A DNA stretch of 64,000 nucleotides from NCBI GenBank assembly GCA_030390025.1, contig CM059432.1, positions 153,762,001 to 153,826,000 on the forward strand, in the 5' to 3' direction. Origin of the DNA: Squalus acanthias. Taxonomy: Eukaryota. The notes under the pieces are model-generated. The model was not told the DNA's origin. It saw nothing but the letters and a program-made list of their open reading frames with translations, and did no database searches. Within the stretch, counting starts at the first letter, position 1. Each line of letters starts with the position of its first letter. The position numbers and the translations under genes were made by a program. This document shows, in pieces, positions 22,716 to 35,600 of this stretch.

Positions 22716-24266
22716 CAATCTGCGCGCGCAGGTGGTCGCAGCGGTAAGTTTTAGCGCTGCCGCACAATCTCAAGTTAAGTTCTCGAGCGGCGCAAACAGC
22801 GCTGCGCCCGGGCGTTAGCGCCTTAACGCCCCATTAGCGCCCATTTAAGGCGCTAACGGGAGGCGCAACCAACTGAATTTTTACCCCTATATGTTTTAAC
22901 GGGGCTAAAAATAAACTTACCTTATTGGACAGGGTTTTTAATGTATAAATGAGTGATAAAATTTTATTTTTCTATTTTTTAAAACTCTTATGCTGGTAAA
23001 AGCAGGCCTGACGCCTGCTTTTACCAGGCGTAAGAATTTCACAGGCATTCAGTGGGTGGAAGTTGGGCAAATAGCGCAACTCTCCACCCGCAGAGGCCCA
23101 TCTCCCGGGGATGCGGAGGATCTGTCAAGAGGATTCTTGACAGATCGCAAGTCCCGGGTTTTAGCGCATGCGCTTCGCATACCTAAACCCTGAACTTGCG
23201 CGGTCCCTACAGGCGCATACACACCTCGTTCGCACCCGTAGAGGTCGCAAAATATGGCCCATTATTTTCGGACTTTGAGCTATAATGGTCTTTTTGGATT
23301 CAATATATTCCTATGTAATTGTGTAATTAATTGTTTGACGCTATTAAACAGCAGATGGAAGTACCTGCTGCAGCAACAGGGGTTAGGGTATGAAGACACC
23401 TCAAAAGATGAACAATTCATTAAGTCCAGGAAGAGAAAAGTCACATGGCCAATGCTCCACTGCCATATCACATCACAGCATCAAAAGGATTTTATATGAA
23501 AGATGATGACACAATTAGATTTGAATTTCTTGGATGGTATGCATTTTGTTAAAAGCCATTTAGACCTCTAATCTGTCAACGGTGTACTAATTTTAAAAGA
23601 TCGATTATTTTGGTTGATGTACAAATAAATTAAGTGATGCTTTCGTATTCAAATTTAATGGATCTCAACTAAATGAGAACCTTGTATTGGAGGAGCTACT
23701 CACATGTTGTGCTCAATAACTCATTCAAACTAGTCCCTACGAAGGGTGATCACCTCACTATTTAAACAAAAATACTCACAGCAAATTAAGGGAAAGAGGC
23801 AAAATAAATTCTTAGAAAATAGATATGGATGGTTAAGATTTCCTCAGTCATAAAAATACAATGTTGTTTTAATTTTGCTCCATAATGAAGCAGTTATGTA
23901 CTGACTCTAATGTTTAAAGATCAAAGAATACAAAAATTATTCATTCCTGACCAGAAACCAGATGTACAGGAAACTGTGGTATGTTGTTTTATATAACACT
24001 CAAGTGGACTCTGGAGAGTGGAATCATTTTTTTGGTAATTGCACACTTTTGACAGGATGGCTAATCTATTGATACCGCTGTATACAAAACTGAAGCAGCG
24101 AGTGTGGCTTCCATCTCCAAGCAGACTGCAATAATAAATCTGCATTTTCATATTTTTAGCTGGTCGTGATCTAAATATTTATACAATCACCTTGACTCAT
24201 TGCAGACACTGCGCCCCAATCTATTCACCAACAACAATCTGTATTTGTATAGCAGGGAGACATCTT

Positions 24267-25148
24267 ATAGATACATAGATACATAGAAGATAGGAGCAGG
24301 AGTAGGCCATCCGGCCCTTCGAGCCTGCTCCGCCATTTAATGAGATCATGGCTGATCCTCCAATTCAGTATCCCGTCCCCGCCTTCTCTCCGTAACCCTT
24401 AACCCCTTTTGCCTGTAGAAATAAATCTAATTCCCTCTTCAATATATTTAATGAGCTGGCGTACACTGCCCTCTGTGGCAATGAGTTCCACAGGTTCACC
24501 ACCCTCTGAGTGAAGAAATTCCCCCTCATTTCTGTCCTAAATGGTTTAGCCCTTATCCTTAAATTATGTCCTCTAGTTCTGTTCTCACCCGCCAAGGGAA
24601 ACATTCCTTCTGCATCTAGTCTGTCTAGACCTGTCAGAATTTTATACACTTCTATGAGGTCCCCTCTCAATCTTCTAAACTCCAGTGTGTACATCCCTAA
24701 ACTACATAGTCTCTCCTCATAGGTCAATCCCGCCATTCCTGGTATCAGCCTGGTGAATCGCCGCTGCACCCCCTCCATGGCAAGAACATCTTTCCTCAGA
24801 TGAGGCGACCAAAACTGTACACAGTACTCGAGGTGTGGTCTCACCAGTGCCCTGTACAGCTGCAGCAAGGTATCCCTGTTCCTGTATTCCAACCCTTTTG
24901 CTATGAAGGCCAGCATACCGTTTGCCTTCTTGATCGCCTGTTGCACCTGCATGCTCGCCTTCAGTGACTGGTGTACAAGAACACCCAGGTCTCTCTGTAC
25001 TTCCCCCTCTCCCAATTTATTGCCATTTAAATAATAATTTGCCCTCCCGTTCCTGCACCCAAGGTGGATAACTTCGCACTTGTCCACATTATAGTGCATC
25101 TGCCATTTATCCGCCCAATCACCCAGTCTGTCCAAATCGCTCTGGAGC
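24267..25148 (-). mobile_element. Young CR1 3' copy, near-identical to 8795-9678
   Basis: Translation differs at 2 of about 260 aa; same (TCTATGTA)n tail. Confidence 0.95.
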
Positions 25149-26509
25149 CAAATCAATCTTAAACCATTTAATATTAGGAGGACCAAACAGTGCAGGCCAA
25201 GTAGGAGGGTAAAAGGGAAAAATGGAGAGGGCTGGTGAAGGAACAAGAATGCAAGAACTGCCATTTCATGCAGGAGATCGTTCTCTCTATGTCATCTCTT
25301 AGCAAGTTCATAGACCAGCTAAAGGAACCAGTCATTTTTGCTGGGGGGACACCCTTGCAGCTATGGTAATTGCCCAGAATTGGAGGAACTATTATTCTCC
25401 TTGAAAAAGAACATTAATTGATCCATTAGAGCAGACCCTGGATAATCAGAAACTGCAAGCATTAAGAAAAAGGAGTCCAATAATTATAAGAACATTGACG
25501 AGTGTGGCGGGTTCCCCAACTGTGGGAACCTTAGAATATTAAATGCATTATCAACCTGAATTTGACAATTATGATCTCAAATCACCAATAATAATTTTAG
25601 TTTAGACAGGCCAGCCAATACTCTTTATCAGAGGTTCCCCCCACCCTTTCATTTTGGAGGGGTGCTTGGAGATGTTCTGGTAGGATTGGGATTTGCATAA
25701 ATCACACCATCAATCTGTACAAAACAGGACAAGTGGTGAGGGAATTCCTTCAGGTCAGCAACTGAATTTCAATCCAAACTAAACTACCCAAAACTGCACG
25801 GAACAATTATCCCCAAAAATGCTTCAATTTCCCATTAAGGTAAATCCTTACCTTGGCGAGATACCTAAGGATCATATCTCAGCTCATCACTTGAGCTTCC
25901 TGATCATATGATAATTTGATGGTATTATGGCTTATATACTATGCAGTGAACATAGCTTCTTATTGAGTGCTGGCCTGCATTGGATACATAAAAGGCAGTC
26001 AAGTGACTGAACCACTTAGTCTGGCTGCGATAAATGTTATCTTATTGATTAACTTTTATCTTTAATTGGTCCCAATTAGTCTATTAGAATATTTGCACTG
26101 TTGACTGAGGGACTAATGTTCAGAGGGATGTTTATCAGTAGCATCCAACTGAATTCTTTGTATGGAAGCAGCTGTTTTGTAGTTTGCCACACATGGATTA
26201 ATCAATATCCTCAGAAGGGCTTGTATCTCGGATTGATTTTCTCGATTACAATCCCCTCTCACGTTGTTTATTTCTTCCCCTCCTCTCATCTCATCAAATT
26301 TCACCTATTGAGGCCTTTTTATCATATAATTGTGTAAATGAATGGATTTATTTAGGGAACTGGAAGTATTGCCAGCTCTTTGCTTCTTATACTCTACTGG
26401 TCCTTTTGTCTGCACCAGATGGCCGAGCCATCATGCCTTGGTATCTACACATCAAGCAGACATAAGTTTTATAGAAATCATAGAAATTTATGGCACAGAA
26501 GAAGACATC

Positions 26510-27003
26510 GGGCTGGATTTTCATTGACCCGTGGAGGCGGGTTTGGAGGCGTGTGGGGGGTTAAAATTGCGAAAACTGGCGGGCGGGCACAAGTCCGCCT
26601 CCATCCCGCCTCCACGCAATTTTTATGAAATCGTGTCTGCTGGTCCCGACTCCGTCCCGCCTCTAAGAGATGGGATAGGCTGTTAAGGCCCTTAACAAGC
26701 ACTAAATTGGCTCTATAATGCCATTTTGAAAGGCCTTTGTGATTTTAACCCTTGTTATACGTGAAGCACGCCTGTTCTGAACCACGATTGTGAAACCTGG
26801 CGGGAGCACATTTGGCTCTCTCTCTCTCTCTAGTCTCTGAAGACCTTCAATGCAGCAGCAATGATGACATCATCAGAGGCTGGAACTCAATTGCCCAATT
26901 AGGTGAAAACTGCATCAATCTCCCACATCCATTTGCAGTCGGGTGGATAACACGAAAAGTGGATGACACGACCCCAACCCGCCCCAGTATCAAAATCCAG
27001 CCC
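26510..27003. mobile_element. Harbinger-type MITE inserted in a CR1 tail
   Basis: TIR GGGCTGGATTTT at both ends; related to 62575-63327 in opposite orientation; TSD not clean. Confidence 0.75.
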
Positions 27004-28236
27004 AATGTGTCTATGCTGGCTGGAAAAGAGCTATCCTGCCTAATCCCACTTTCCAGGTCTTGGTCTGTAGCCTTGTAACTCAACTGTTTCCTAACCATCA
27101 TATCTTAAAATGCACCGTCATTCAATCATGCCAGATGTTCTGGCTCATTTAAAGATTTTATCTACTGAAGCTGCCATCTCCATCAGTCTAAAGGATCCCT
27201 GGCTAACTTATTCACTGCTTATAACCTCTCCAAGTCCTTGACTAGAGCTGCTAAACATAACTATTAAAAAGTAGCGTCAAGTGCTGTTGCCTCTCTACTG
27301 TGAATCCTCCTTTCCACCTTTCTTCCAACGTAGTGACCCAGTGGCAAGCTCCACCAAAGAGAAAGTTGATTCCTTTGGCTCACTTTTCTTCTCTAACTCT
27401 AGTCTTCATGATTTTGGCAAAGAACCTCCCTCCACAGCTCCATTCTGTTACTTGCTACTGTGACTGACATCAAGCTTTATTCCTGCCATGTCTGTTCTTT
27501 GAACTCCAGGGAAGCAAGATAGATTTTTTATAACACTTGCAGCTCTGCCACACAGTAAGTTATTGTGAGAAGACAATAAGCAGTATTACCTGGTAAAGGT
27601 GTGAGCGTTTCTCCCTATAATAGTACTGAAGATGCTCTACACTGATCTTTTGAGGATGACCAATGGCATTCCAGTGGATAAAATGACTAATCTTATACCC
27701 AGACGATAACAATGGAAGAGGCAGTCTACTAACCTTTGGCAAGTGTCCTTTTGCACGCTCAAGGTATGTGCCGCAGTCCTTTCAACACAGAAAGCCCAAA
27801 GAAGTCAAGTATTGGCATAATCTAGCCAATGCTCCATAACCGAAGGATAGGGATGCACGCAAAGAAGGGCCTTCTTGCATCCAGTTGAGATAATATTACG
27901 CAGCTGGCTCTTCCATTTATGAGGAAATCCATTACCAGATATCCTAACTATACTCACTTGTATGAAGCATTGGGCATAAAATTTCTTATTCTTTGAATCC
28001 AAGTGATGTAAAATTCCTACTGGGAGATATCTGATTTTTTGCCCACAAGGGGGTTGGGGTGCTTCAAAAATATTCTTTGCATTTGAAAAACACAAGGAAA
28101 ATCAGCCAAGTGTAGGCTAGGAGACTCGACTTTGCGCTGCAGAAAAAAGAGTTAACTGGGGTAGAGTGGGGTGCAGAGGAGCAAGATGGAGATCGAGCTC
28201 ATTCCCCGTCATAAACTGTTTACAGGTAAACTTATT

Positions 28237-28941
28237 GGCCCGGATTTTGCGGTGGTAATGACGGCGAAACTGTCAGCGTTCATCATCATTTCTCCTCTGA
28301 AAATGACAGCAACTTCTGGAGTCAGCGCGTGCTCTAGTAAACTGAGAAATCCAGAAGTTGTAATCAGTCATTCCCTGCTCCACCACAGGTTGTGCTGTGG
28401 AACTCCCTGGAGCCAGCAATCGATTCAAATCACACTGAAGGACGAAACTGCCCCATTACACTGGAATATCGCTGTTAAACCACTCCCCCCTGAAAAAGTT
28501 AACTCTTGTTGAAAGAGGGGTAACTGGGTTTTTAACGGCGTACTAACTGCTGAACAACCGTTCTGGCCCTGAAAAACTAATTTTACATTTGTGGAATGTC
28601 AAATTTTTCCATTAATATGATAATTACAAGGTTTTTTAAAATAATTTTTTAAAGTTTATGATATTTCAGCTTCTAGCTTAATCTTATGTGTATGTCCGAA
28701 TCTGTAAAATTTATAAAAAGTAAATTAGAATCTGTGCATTTTAATTCCTGGTTTGCTGTCTGTAAGAATTTTTCAATGTGATTGGTTGTTTAGCCTGCTT
28801 GATGACATCACTGTTGCTGTAGGTTCGCTTGATTTGGCGCCAGATTCAAACTAATGTCGGGAGAGCTGAAATTCACGCCACTGAGATCGCCTTCTTCAAG
28901 GTCAGCGGCAAACGCTGTCGCTTCGCCGCAAATCCCGGGCC
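28237..28941. mobile_element. Harbinger-type MITE
   Basis: TIRs GGCCCGGATTTTGCGG / GGCCCGGGATTTGCGG; AT-rich centre. Confidence 0.7.
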
Positions 28942-28943
28942 AA

Positions 28944-29260
28944 GGGCAACACGGTGGCATAGTGGTTAGCACTGTTGCTTCACAGCGCCAGGGACCCGGG
29001 TTCAAATCCAACCTCGGGTGACTGTCTGTGTGGAGTTTGCACATTCTCCCCGTGTCTGCGTGGGTTTCCTCCGGGTGCTCCGGTTTCCTCCCACAGTCCA
29101 AAGATGTGCGGGTTAGGTTGATTTGGCTATGATAAATTGACCCTTAGTGTTAGGGGGATTAAATACGTGGGGTTACGGGGATAGGGTGGGATATGTGTCG
29201 GTGCAGGCTCGATGGGCCGAAATGGCCTCTATCTGCATTGTGGGGATTCTGGGATTCTGT
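28944..29260 (+). mobile_element. HE1-like V-SINE
   Basis: tRNA-like head, V-domain TGTGGAGTTTGCACATTCTCCCCGTGTCTGCGTGGGTTTCCTCCGG, CR1-like tail GATGGGCCGAAATGGCCT. Confidence 0.85.
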
Positions 29261-30169
29261 AATATGTCTGCTGTGGAAATTGCCAAAAGGCAGCTAGGAT
29301 TGAAACCAATTAAGCAGCTAACACTCCAAGACACAGCTGGGCACTAAGAACATTCGGTGCTCCTAACCACAATTCCTCCCCCCCTCCCCCCACCAATCCA
29401 TTAAAACGCAAAACGTGTAATTAAATGTGTTATGGTGAGTTTTACTGAAGGGCCCATATTTGACTGGGACCCCTGGCCATGGGCCCTGTGCGCTAATCCG
29501 CCCCTGCTCTCAGAGCCTGAACTTCAAAGCCTTTGCTATTTTGCATTGAACTAATCAATAAATCTGTAGGATGGATCCGAGTCAAGAACTGGTTGCCCGG
29601 TTCCTCTTCTTTGGACTCTCCACAAGGCTACAAAAGGAAAGGGGCGTTTAACTTCTGAAAAGAACAGGATAATGGAGGTAAGTCATACTCTGCTGCTCCA
29701 AAGAGAGTGTCTTAGATTCCAGTCATGTAGGTACAGAGCATTGAAAGATGCTGAGAGTACTGTTCCTGTGATAAGTTGGTGGATGCAGTCTGCCAGTTTC
29801 CTAATGGAGGCATTAACTGCTGTAAAATTGGCCTCCAAACTAGCCACAAGAGAATCAGATAATGGAAGCTCTATTCTGTACCAGGTACCTGGGCCACCAG
29901 GAAGAGAATGCACTGAGTAAGTGTCAAAGGCAGAAAACCCTGATGAGTATGTTAATTGCTCAACAGCATGTCAGTGATCTTGGTGAGCCAGGCCACACTG
30001 GGTGATTTAATTTACAATAACTCCTACTTACATTTTAACTATTTTTGGGCAACTTGAGATAACTGTAAAATGGGTTATTTCTGCATGTGTTTTATTTAAC
30101 TGTTATTGTCTCTGCCTATTTGATGTGAAAATAAACCCAGAGTTTTTACCAGTAATAAACTTACCAGTA

Positions 30170-30620
30170 TATGGTAGCACTCTCGCCTTTGTGTCAGCAG
30201 ATCGTGGGTTCAAGTCCCACTCCAAAGACTTGAGCATATAATTTAGTCTGAAACTCCAGTGCAGTGCTGAGGGAGTGCTACACTGTTAGAGGTGCTGTCT
30301 TTTAGAGGAGAGGTTAAACCGAGGCTCTGTCTACCCTCACAGGTATATGTAAAAGATCCCATGACACTATTCGAAGAGCAGCAGAGTTCTCTCGGTATCC
30401 TGGCCAACATTTATTCCTCAACCAACAACACCAAAAACAGATTAATTGGTCATTTATCTCATTGCTGCTTGTGGGACCTTGCTGTGCGCATATTGGCTGC
30501 CGTATTTGCCTTCATTGCAACAGCGACTGCACTTCAAAAGTACTTCTCTGGTTGGGAGCGCTTTAGGATGTCCCGAGGATGTGAAAGCCGCTATATGAAT
30601 GCAAGTTCTTATTCTTTCTT
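30170..30620 (+). mobile_element. Deu-type SINE
   Basis: Head GTGGGTTCAAGTCCCAC, central core and L2-like tail. Confidence 0.8.
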
Positions 30621-30942
30621 CTCCATACATTATAGGTGTGAACATCCAAACGCACAAAACAGCCCCTTAAGCTCCCGGCCAGCAAAAATCTTGTTCAATG
30701 AAAATGATCTGTTTTTGCAGTAGAGATTGCCCCAGCATAGTAGTACAGTAGTTGCTTCCTGCTTTGCCTTCTACAAAGGATGCATTCACACTGAAAGTGT
30801 AGCATTGGTGCAAGCAAATTCACCTAGCATCGACACTGCAGTTACAGCCTGAATCTGGTGTAAATGCAGCCTGAATCTGGTTCACTTCAAAGTAAGTTCA
30901 AAAGAAGAACAGCAGCAGCAACATATTGCATTTATTTAATGT

Positions 30943-31300
30943 CTCACCGGCAGCAGAGACAGCGAGAGCGACCCTGGGTGGAGACTGAGCGCAGAGACCG
31001 AGGATTTAAAGAGCGGGGAGAGAGAGAGCGGCCCAGACTCACCGGCAGCAGAGACAGCGAGAGCGGCCCTGGGTGGAGACTGAGCGCAGAGACCGAGGAT
31101 TTAAAGAGCGGGGAGAGAGAGCGGCCCAGACTCACCGGCAGCAGAGACAGCGAGAGCAACCCTGGGTGGAGACTGAGCACAGAGACCGAGTATTTAAAGA
31201 GCGGGGGTGAGAGAGCGGCCCAGACTCACCGGCAGCAGAGACAGCGAGAGCGGCCCTGGGTGGAGACTGAGCGCAGAGACTGAGTACGGTTTAAACAGAG
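30943..31300 (+). repeat. About 94-bp tandem monomers (3 full plus 1 partial) at the CR1 5' end
   Basis: CTCACCGGCAGCAGAGACAGCGAGAG... at 30943, 31038, 31131 and 31225. Confidence 0.93.
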
Positions 31301-31660
31301 TGCTGCGAGTTGGGTGAGTCAGGCAGTTAGGTGAGGAGTGGAAGGAGGAGCTCCCTTGCTTCACCTTTGTTTTTCCTAACTTTTCACCCTGTAGGATTTG
31401 GTTCTTACTATATACCAAGGAAAGAGTCCGAGAGCGGGAGCAGTCAAACAACAACTACTGCGAAACCGCTAAAGTGACGTCACAACCAGGGAAGGAGCTG
31501 ATTGGTAAGTAGGACCTGGTGAGTATTTCTAATCTAGTCGTTGAAGTAAAAGTAAGGTCTCTAGTTTCGAGTAAATAGTGTTTAAAGGGAAGTAAGGTCC
31601 CTAGTGTATTTAATATTCTTTCATTTAAAGGAAGTAAAGGGAGTAAATTAAGGGTAGTAC

Positions 31661-32611
31661 ATGGCAGGGCAGCTCGGCTGCGTGGAGTGCTCCGCCTGTG
31701 CTATGTGGGAAGTCAGGGACACTTTCGATGTCCAGGGCGAACACATGTGCAGGAAGTGTCTCCAGCTGCAGCTACTCGAAATCCGCGTTTCGGAGCTGGA
31801 GCTGCGGCTGGAGTCACTGTGGAGCATCCGCGAAACTGAGCTCTTCGTGGATAGCACGTTTAACGAGGTGGTCACACCGCAGATAAAGAGTGCACAGGCA
31901 GACAGGGAATGGGTGACCGCCAGACAGAGTAAAAGAACTAGGAAGGTAGTGCAGGAGTCCCCTGGGTCCATCTCCCTCTCCAACAGATTTTCCGTTTTTG
32001 ATACTGATGGAGGAGATGGTTTCTCAGGAGAATGCAGCAACAGCCAAGTCCGTGGCACTACGAGTGGCTCAGCTGCACAGGAGGGGAGGAAAAAGAGTGG
32101 GAGAGCAATAGTGATAGGGGATTCTATCGTAAGGGGAACAGATAAACGTTTCTGTGGCCACAGACGTGACTCCAGGATGGTATGTTGCCTCCCTGGTGCC
32201 AGGGTCAAGGATGTTACTGAACGGCTGCAGGGCATTCTGAAGGGGGAGGGCGAACAGTCAGAGGTCGTGGTTCACATTGGGACCAGCGACATGGGTAGAA
32301 AGAGGGATGAGGTCCTGCAACAAGAATTTAGGGAGTTCGGTAGCAGATTAAAAAGCAGGACCTCAAAGGTTGTAATCTCTGGATTACTCCCGGTGCCACG
32401 TGCTAGTGAGTATAGGAATAGGAGGATAGAGCAGATGAATGTGTGGCTAAAGAGTTGGTGCAGGAGGAAGGGCTTTAGTTTCCTGGATCACTGGGTCTGC
32501 TTTTGGGGAAGGTGGGACCTGTACAAGTCGGACGGGTTGCACCTGAACCGGAACGGGATCAACATCCTTGCGGGGAGGTTTGCTAGTGCTGTTGGGGGGC
32601 ATTTAAACTAA
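31661..32611 (+). CDS. CR1 ORF1: zinc finger, coiled coil and SGNH esterase, intact 316 aa
   Basis: CxxC...CxxC, leucine zipper, IGDS, HIGTSD, DGLH. Confidence 0.9.
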   Translation: MAGQLGCVECSACAMWEVRDTFDVQGEHMCRKCLQLQLLEIRVSELELRLESLWSIRETELFVDSTFNEVVTPQIKSAQADREWVTARQSKRTRKVVQESPGSISLSNRFSVFDTDGGDGFSGECSNSQVRGTTSGSAAQEGRKKSGRAIVIGDSIVRGTDKRFCGHRRDSRMVCCLPGARVKDVTERLQGILKGEGEQSEVVVHIGTSDMGRKRDEVLQQEFREFGSRLKSRTSKVVISGLLPVPRASEYRNRRIEQMNVWLKSWCRRKGFSFLDHWVCFWGRWDLYKSDGLHLNRNGINILAGRFASAVGGHLN

Positions 32612-32612
32612 C

Positions 32613-35600
32613 TTGGCAGGGGGATGGGATACAGAGTGGATAGTAGGGGGTGATGCACAGCCAAATATAGAGGAAAAAACAAGTCAGCCTGGAAGCCAGA
32701 GCAAATATGTAACGGCACAAGGGAGTATGGTAAGGCTGGATGGCATTTATTTTAATGCAAGGAGTCTTGCGAGTAAGGCTGATGAATTGAAGGTGTTGAT
32801 GAACACATGGGAGTATGATATTGTTGCTATCACAGAGACATGGTTGAGGGAGGGGCAGGACTGGCAGCTCAATATTCCGGGGTATAGAATCTTCAGGCGA
32901 GACAGAGGGGTGTGTAAAAGAGGAGGGGGTGTCGCAATATTAATCAAGGAGTCAATTACTGCTGTAAGAAGGGATGATATCTTAGCAGGTTCCTCTAATG
33001 AGGCCATATGGGTAGAACTTAAAAACAAAAAGGGGGCAAGCACTTTGCTGGGAGTGTACTATAGGCCCCCAAACAGTCAGGGGGAGATAGAGGAACAGAT
33101 ATGTAGGCAAATCTCAGAGAAGTGTAGAAATAATAGGGTAATAATAGTAGCGGATTTCAACTTCCCCAATATTAACTGGGATAGTCAGAGTGCGAAAGGC
33201 TTAGAGGGTGCGGAATTCTTAAAGTGCATCCAGGAGAGCTTTTTGAGCCAGCATGTAGAAAGTTCGACAAGAGAGGGGGCGGTAATGGACCTAATTATGA
33301 AAGTAAATTAGCAAAAAATATAAAAACAGATAGTAAGAGTTTTTATAGTTATATAAAAAGAAAAAGGGTGGCTAAAGTAAATGTTGGTCCCTTAGAGGAT
33401 GAGACCGGGAAATTAATGGTGGGAAATATGGAGATGGCAAAAACACTGAATGAATATTTTGTATCAGTCTTTACAGTAGAGGACACTAAGAATATCCCAA
33501 CACTGGACAAACAGGGGGCTATAGGGGGAGAGGAGCTAAACACGATCAAAATCACTAAGGAAGTGGTACTCGGTAAAATAATGGGACTCAAGGCGGATAA
33601 ATCACCTGGACCTGATGGCTCACATCCTAGAGTCTTGAAGGAAGTGGCGGTAGGGATTGTAGATGCATTGGTAATAATTTTTCAAAACTCCCTGGATTCC
33701 GCTAAGGTCCCGGCAGACTGGAAAACTGCTAATGTAACACCCTTATTTAAAAAGGGCAGTAGACAGAAGGCTGGTAACTATAGACCGGTTAGCCTAACAT
33801 CTGTGGTAGGTAAAATTTTGGAGTCCATTATTAAGGAAACAGTAACAGGACATTTGGATAATCATGATTTAATAGGACAAAGTCAGCATGGTTTTACGAA
33901 GGGGAAGTCATGTTTGACAAATTTGCTGGAGTTCTTTGAGGAAGTAACATATAGAGTGGATAAAGGGGAACCAGTGGACGTAGTGTATTTAGACTTCCAA
34001 AAGGCATTTGACAAGGTGCCACACAAAAGATTATTGCTTAAGGTAAAAAATCACGGGATTGGGGGTAATATTCTGGCATGGATAGAGGATTGGTTATCTA
34101 ACAGAAAGCAAAGAGTTGGGATAAATGGTTCATTCTCAGACTGGCAATCAGTAACTAGTGGTGTTCCACAGGGGTCAGTGCTGGGTCCCCAACTCTTCAC
34201 AATCTATATTAACGATTTGGAGGAAGGGACCAAGTGTAACATATCAAAATTTGCAGATGATACAAAGATGGGAGGGAAAGTAGTGAGTGAGGAGGACATA
34301 AAAAACCTGCAAGGGGACATAGACAGGCTAAGTAAGTGGGCAGAGATTTGGCAGATGGAATACAACACTGGAAAGTGTGAGGTGATGCACTTTGGCAGGA
34401 AAAATCCTAGAGCAATTTATTATCTTAATGGCAAGAAACTGGAGAGTACTGAAGTGCAAAGGGATCTGGGGGTCCTGGTGCACGAAACTCAAAAGGTTAG
34501 TATGCAGGTGCAGCAAGTGATTAAGAAGGCAAATGGAATGTTGGCTTTCATTGCTAGGGGGATAAAATATAAAAATAGGGAGGTATTGCTTCAGTTGTAC
34601 AAGGTATTGGTGAGACCGCACCTGGAATACTGCATACAGTTTTGGTGTCCTTACTTAAGGAAAGACATCCTTGCTCTCGAGGCAGTGCAAAAAAGGTTCA
34701 CTCGGTTAATCCCGGGGATGAGGGGGTGGTCATATGAGGAGAGGTTGGGTAGATTGGGACTCTACTCATTGGAGTTCAGAAGAATGAGAGGCGATCTTAT
34801 TGAAACATATAAGATTGTGAAGGGGTTGGATCGGGTGGATGCGGGGAGGATGTTCCCGATGACGGGTGAGACGAGAACTAGGGGACATAGTCTTAGAATA
34901 AGGGGCTGCTCTTTCAAAACTGAGATGAGGAGGAACTACTTCACTCAGAGGGTGGTAGGTCCATGGAATATGCTGCCACAAAAAGCTGTAGAAGCTACAA
35001 CATTAATTAAATTTAAAACAGAAATAGACAGTTTCCTAGAAGTAAAGGGCATTAAGGGTTACGGGGAGCGGGCAGGAATTTGGACATGAGTCTAGGTTCG
35101 GATCGGTCATGGCCCTGTGGGTAGTGGAGCGGGCCCAGGGACTGTGTAGCCTGATTCTGCTCCTATTTCGTGTGTGCAATTCTGTTAGATGCAGGTGATG
35201 GTTCTGTGATAGATAGTAGATTGGCGGTTAGGATCAGATCAGCCATGATCTTATTGAATGGCGGAGCAGGCTCGAGGGGCCGATTGGCCTACTCCTGCTC
35301 CTATTTCTTATGTTCTATGTTCTAATTCTAGGGAATGTAGCCGGGCAAGTGGTAGAAGTGTCAGTAGGAGAGCATTTTGGTGACAGTGACCATAATTCGG
35401 TGAGATTTAAGGTAGTCATGGAAAAGGACAAAGATGGACCGGAAATAAAGGTTCTAAATTGGGGGAAGGCCGATTTTAATATGATATGGCAGGATCTGGC
35501 CAAAGTGGACTGGGATCAGCTACTTGTAGGAAAATCCACATCAGAGCAGTGGGAGTCTTTCAGAAAGGAAATAGAGAGAGTACAACGCCAACATGTTCCC

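Larger units (their letters stand above)
18540..22887. mobile_element. Full-length PIF/Harbinger DNA transposon (4348 bp)
   Basis: TIRs GGGGTAGAAATT / GGGGTAAAAATT; TAT TSD at 18537-18539 and 22888-22890; two convergent genes. Confidence 0.95.
18152..23260. mobile_element. Harbinger-type MITE split by a full-length Harbinger
   Basis: TIRs GGCCCAAAGTTTGCG / GGGCCATATTTTGCG (12/15); ATT TSD at 18149-18151 and 23261-23263; related to 60581-61310. Confidence 0.8.

Noticed and set aside
28944..29020. tRNA gene (also other A/B-box heads)
   Set aside because: These are tRNA-derived SINE heads continuing into SINE bodies
29460..29506. TAATCCGCCCCTG, resembling a DNA transposon end
   Set aside because: No matching left TIR or TSD found
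33224..35089. 621-aa fusion ORF as a novel gene
   Set aside because: Out-of-frame host CR1 sequence joined by chance to a nested truncated CR1 RT
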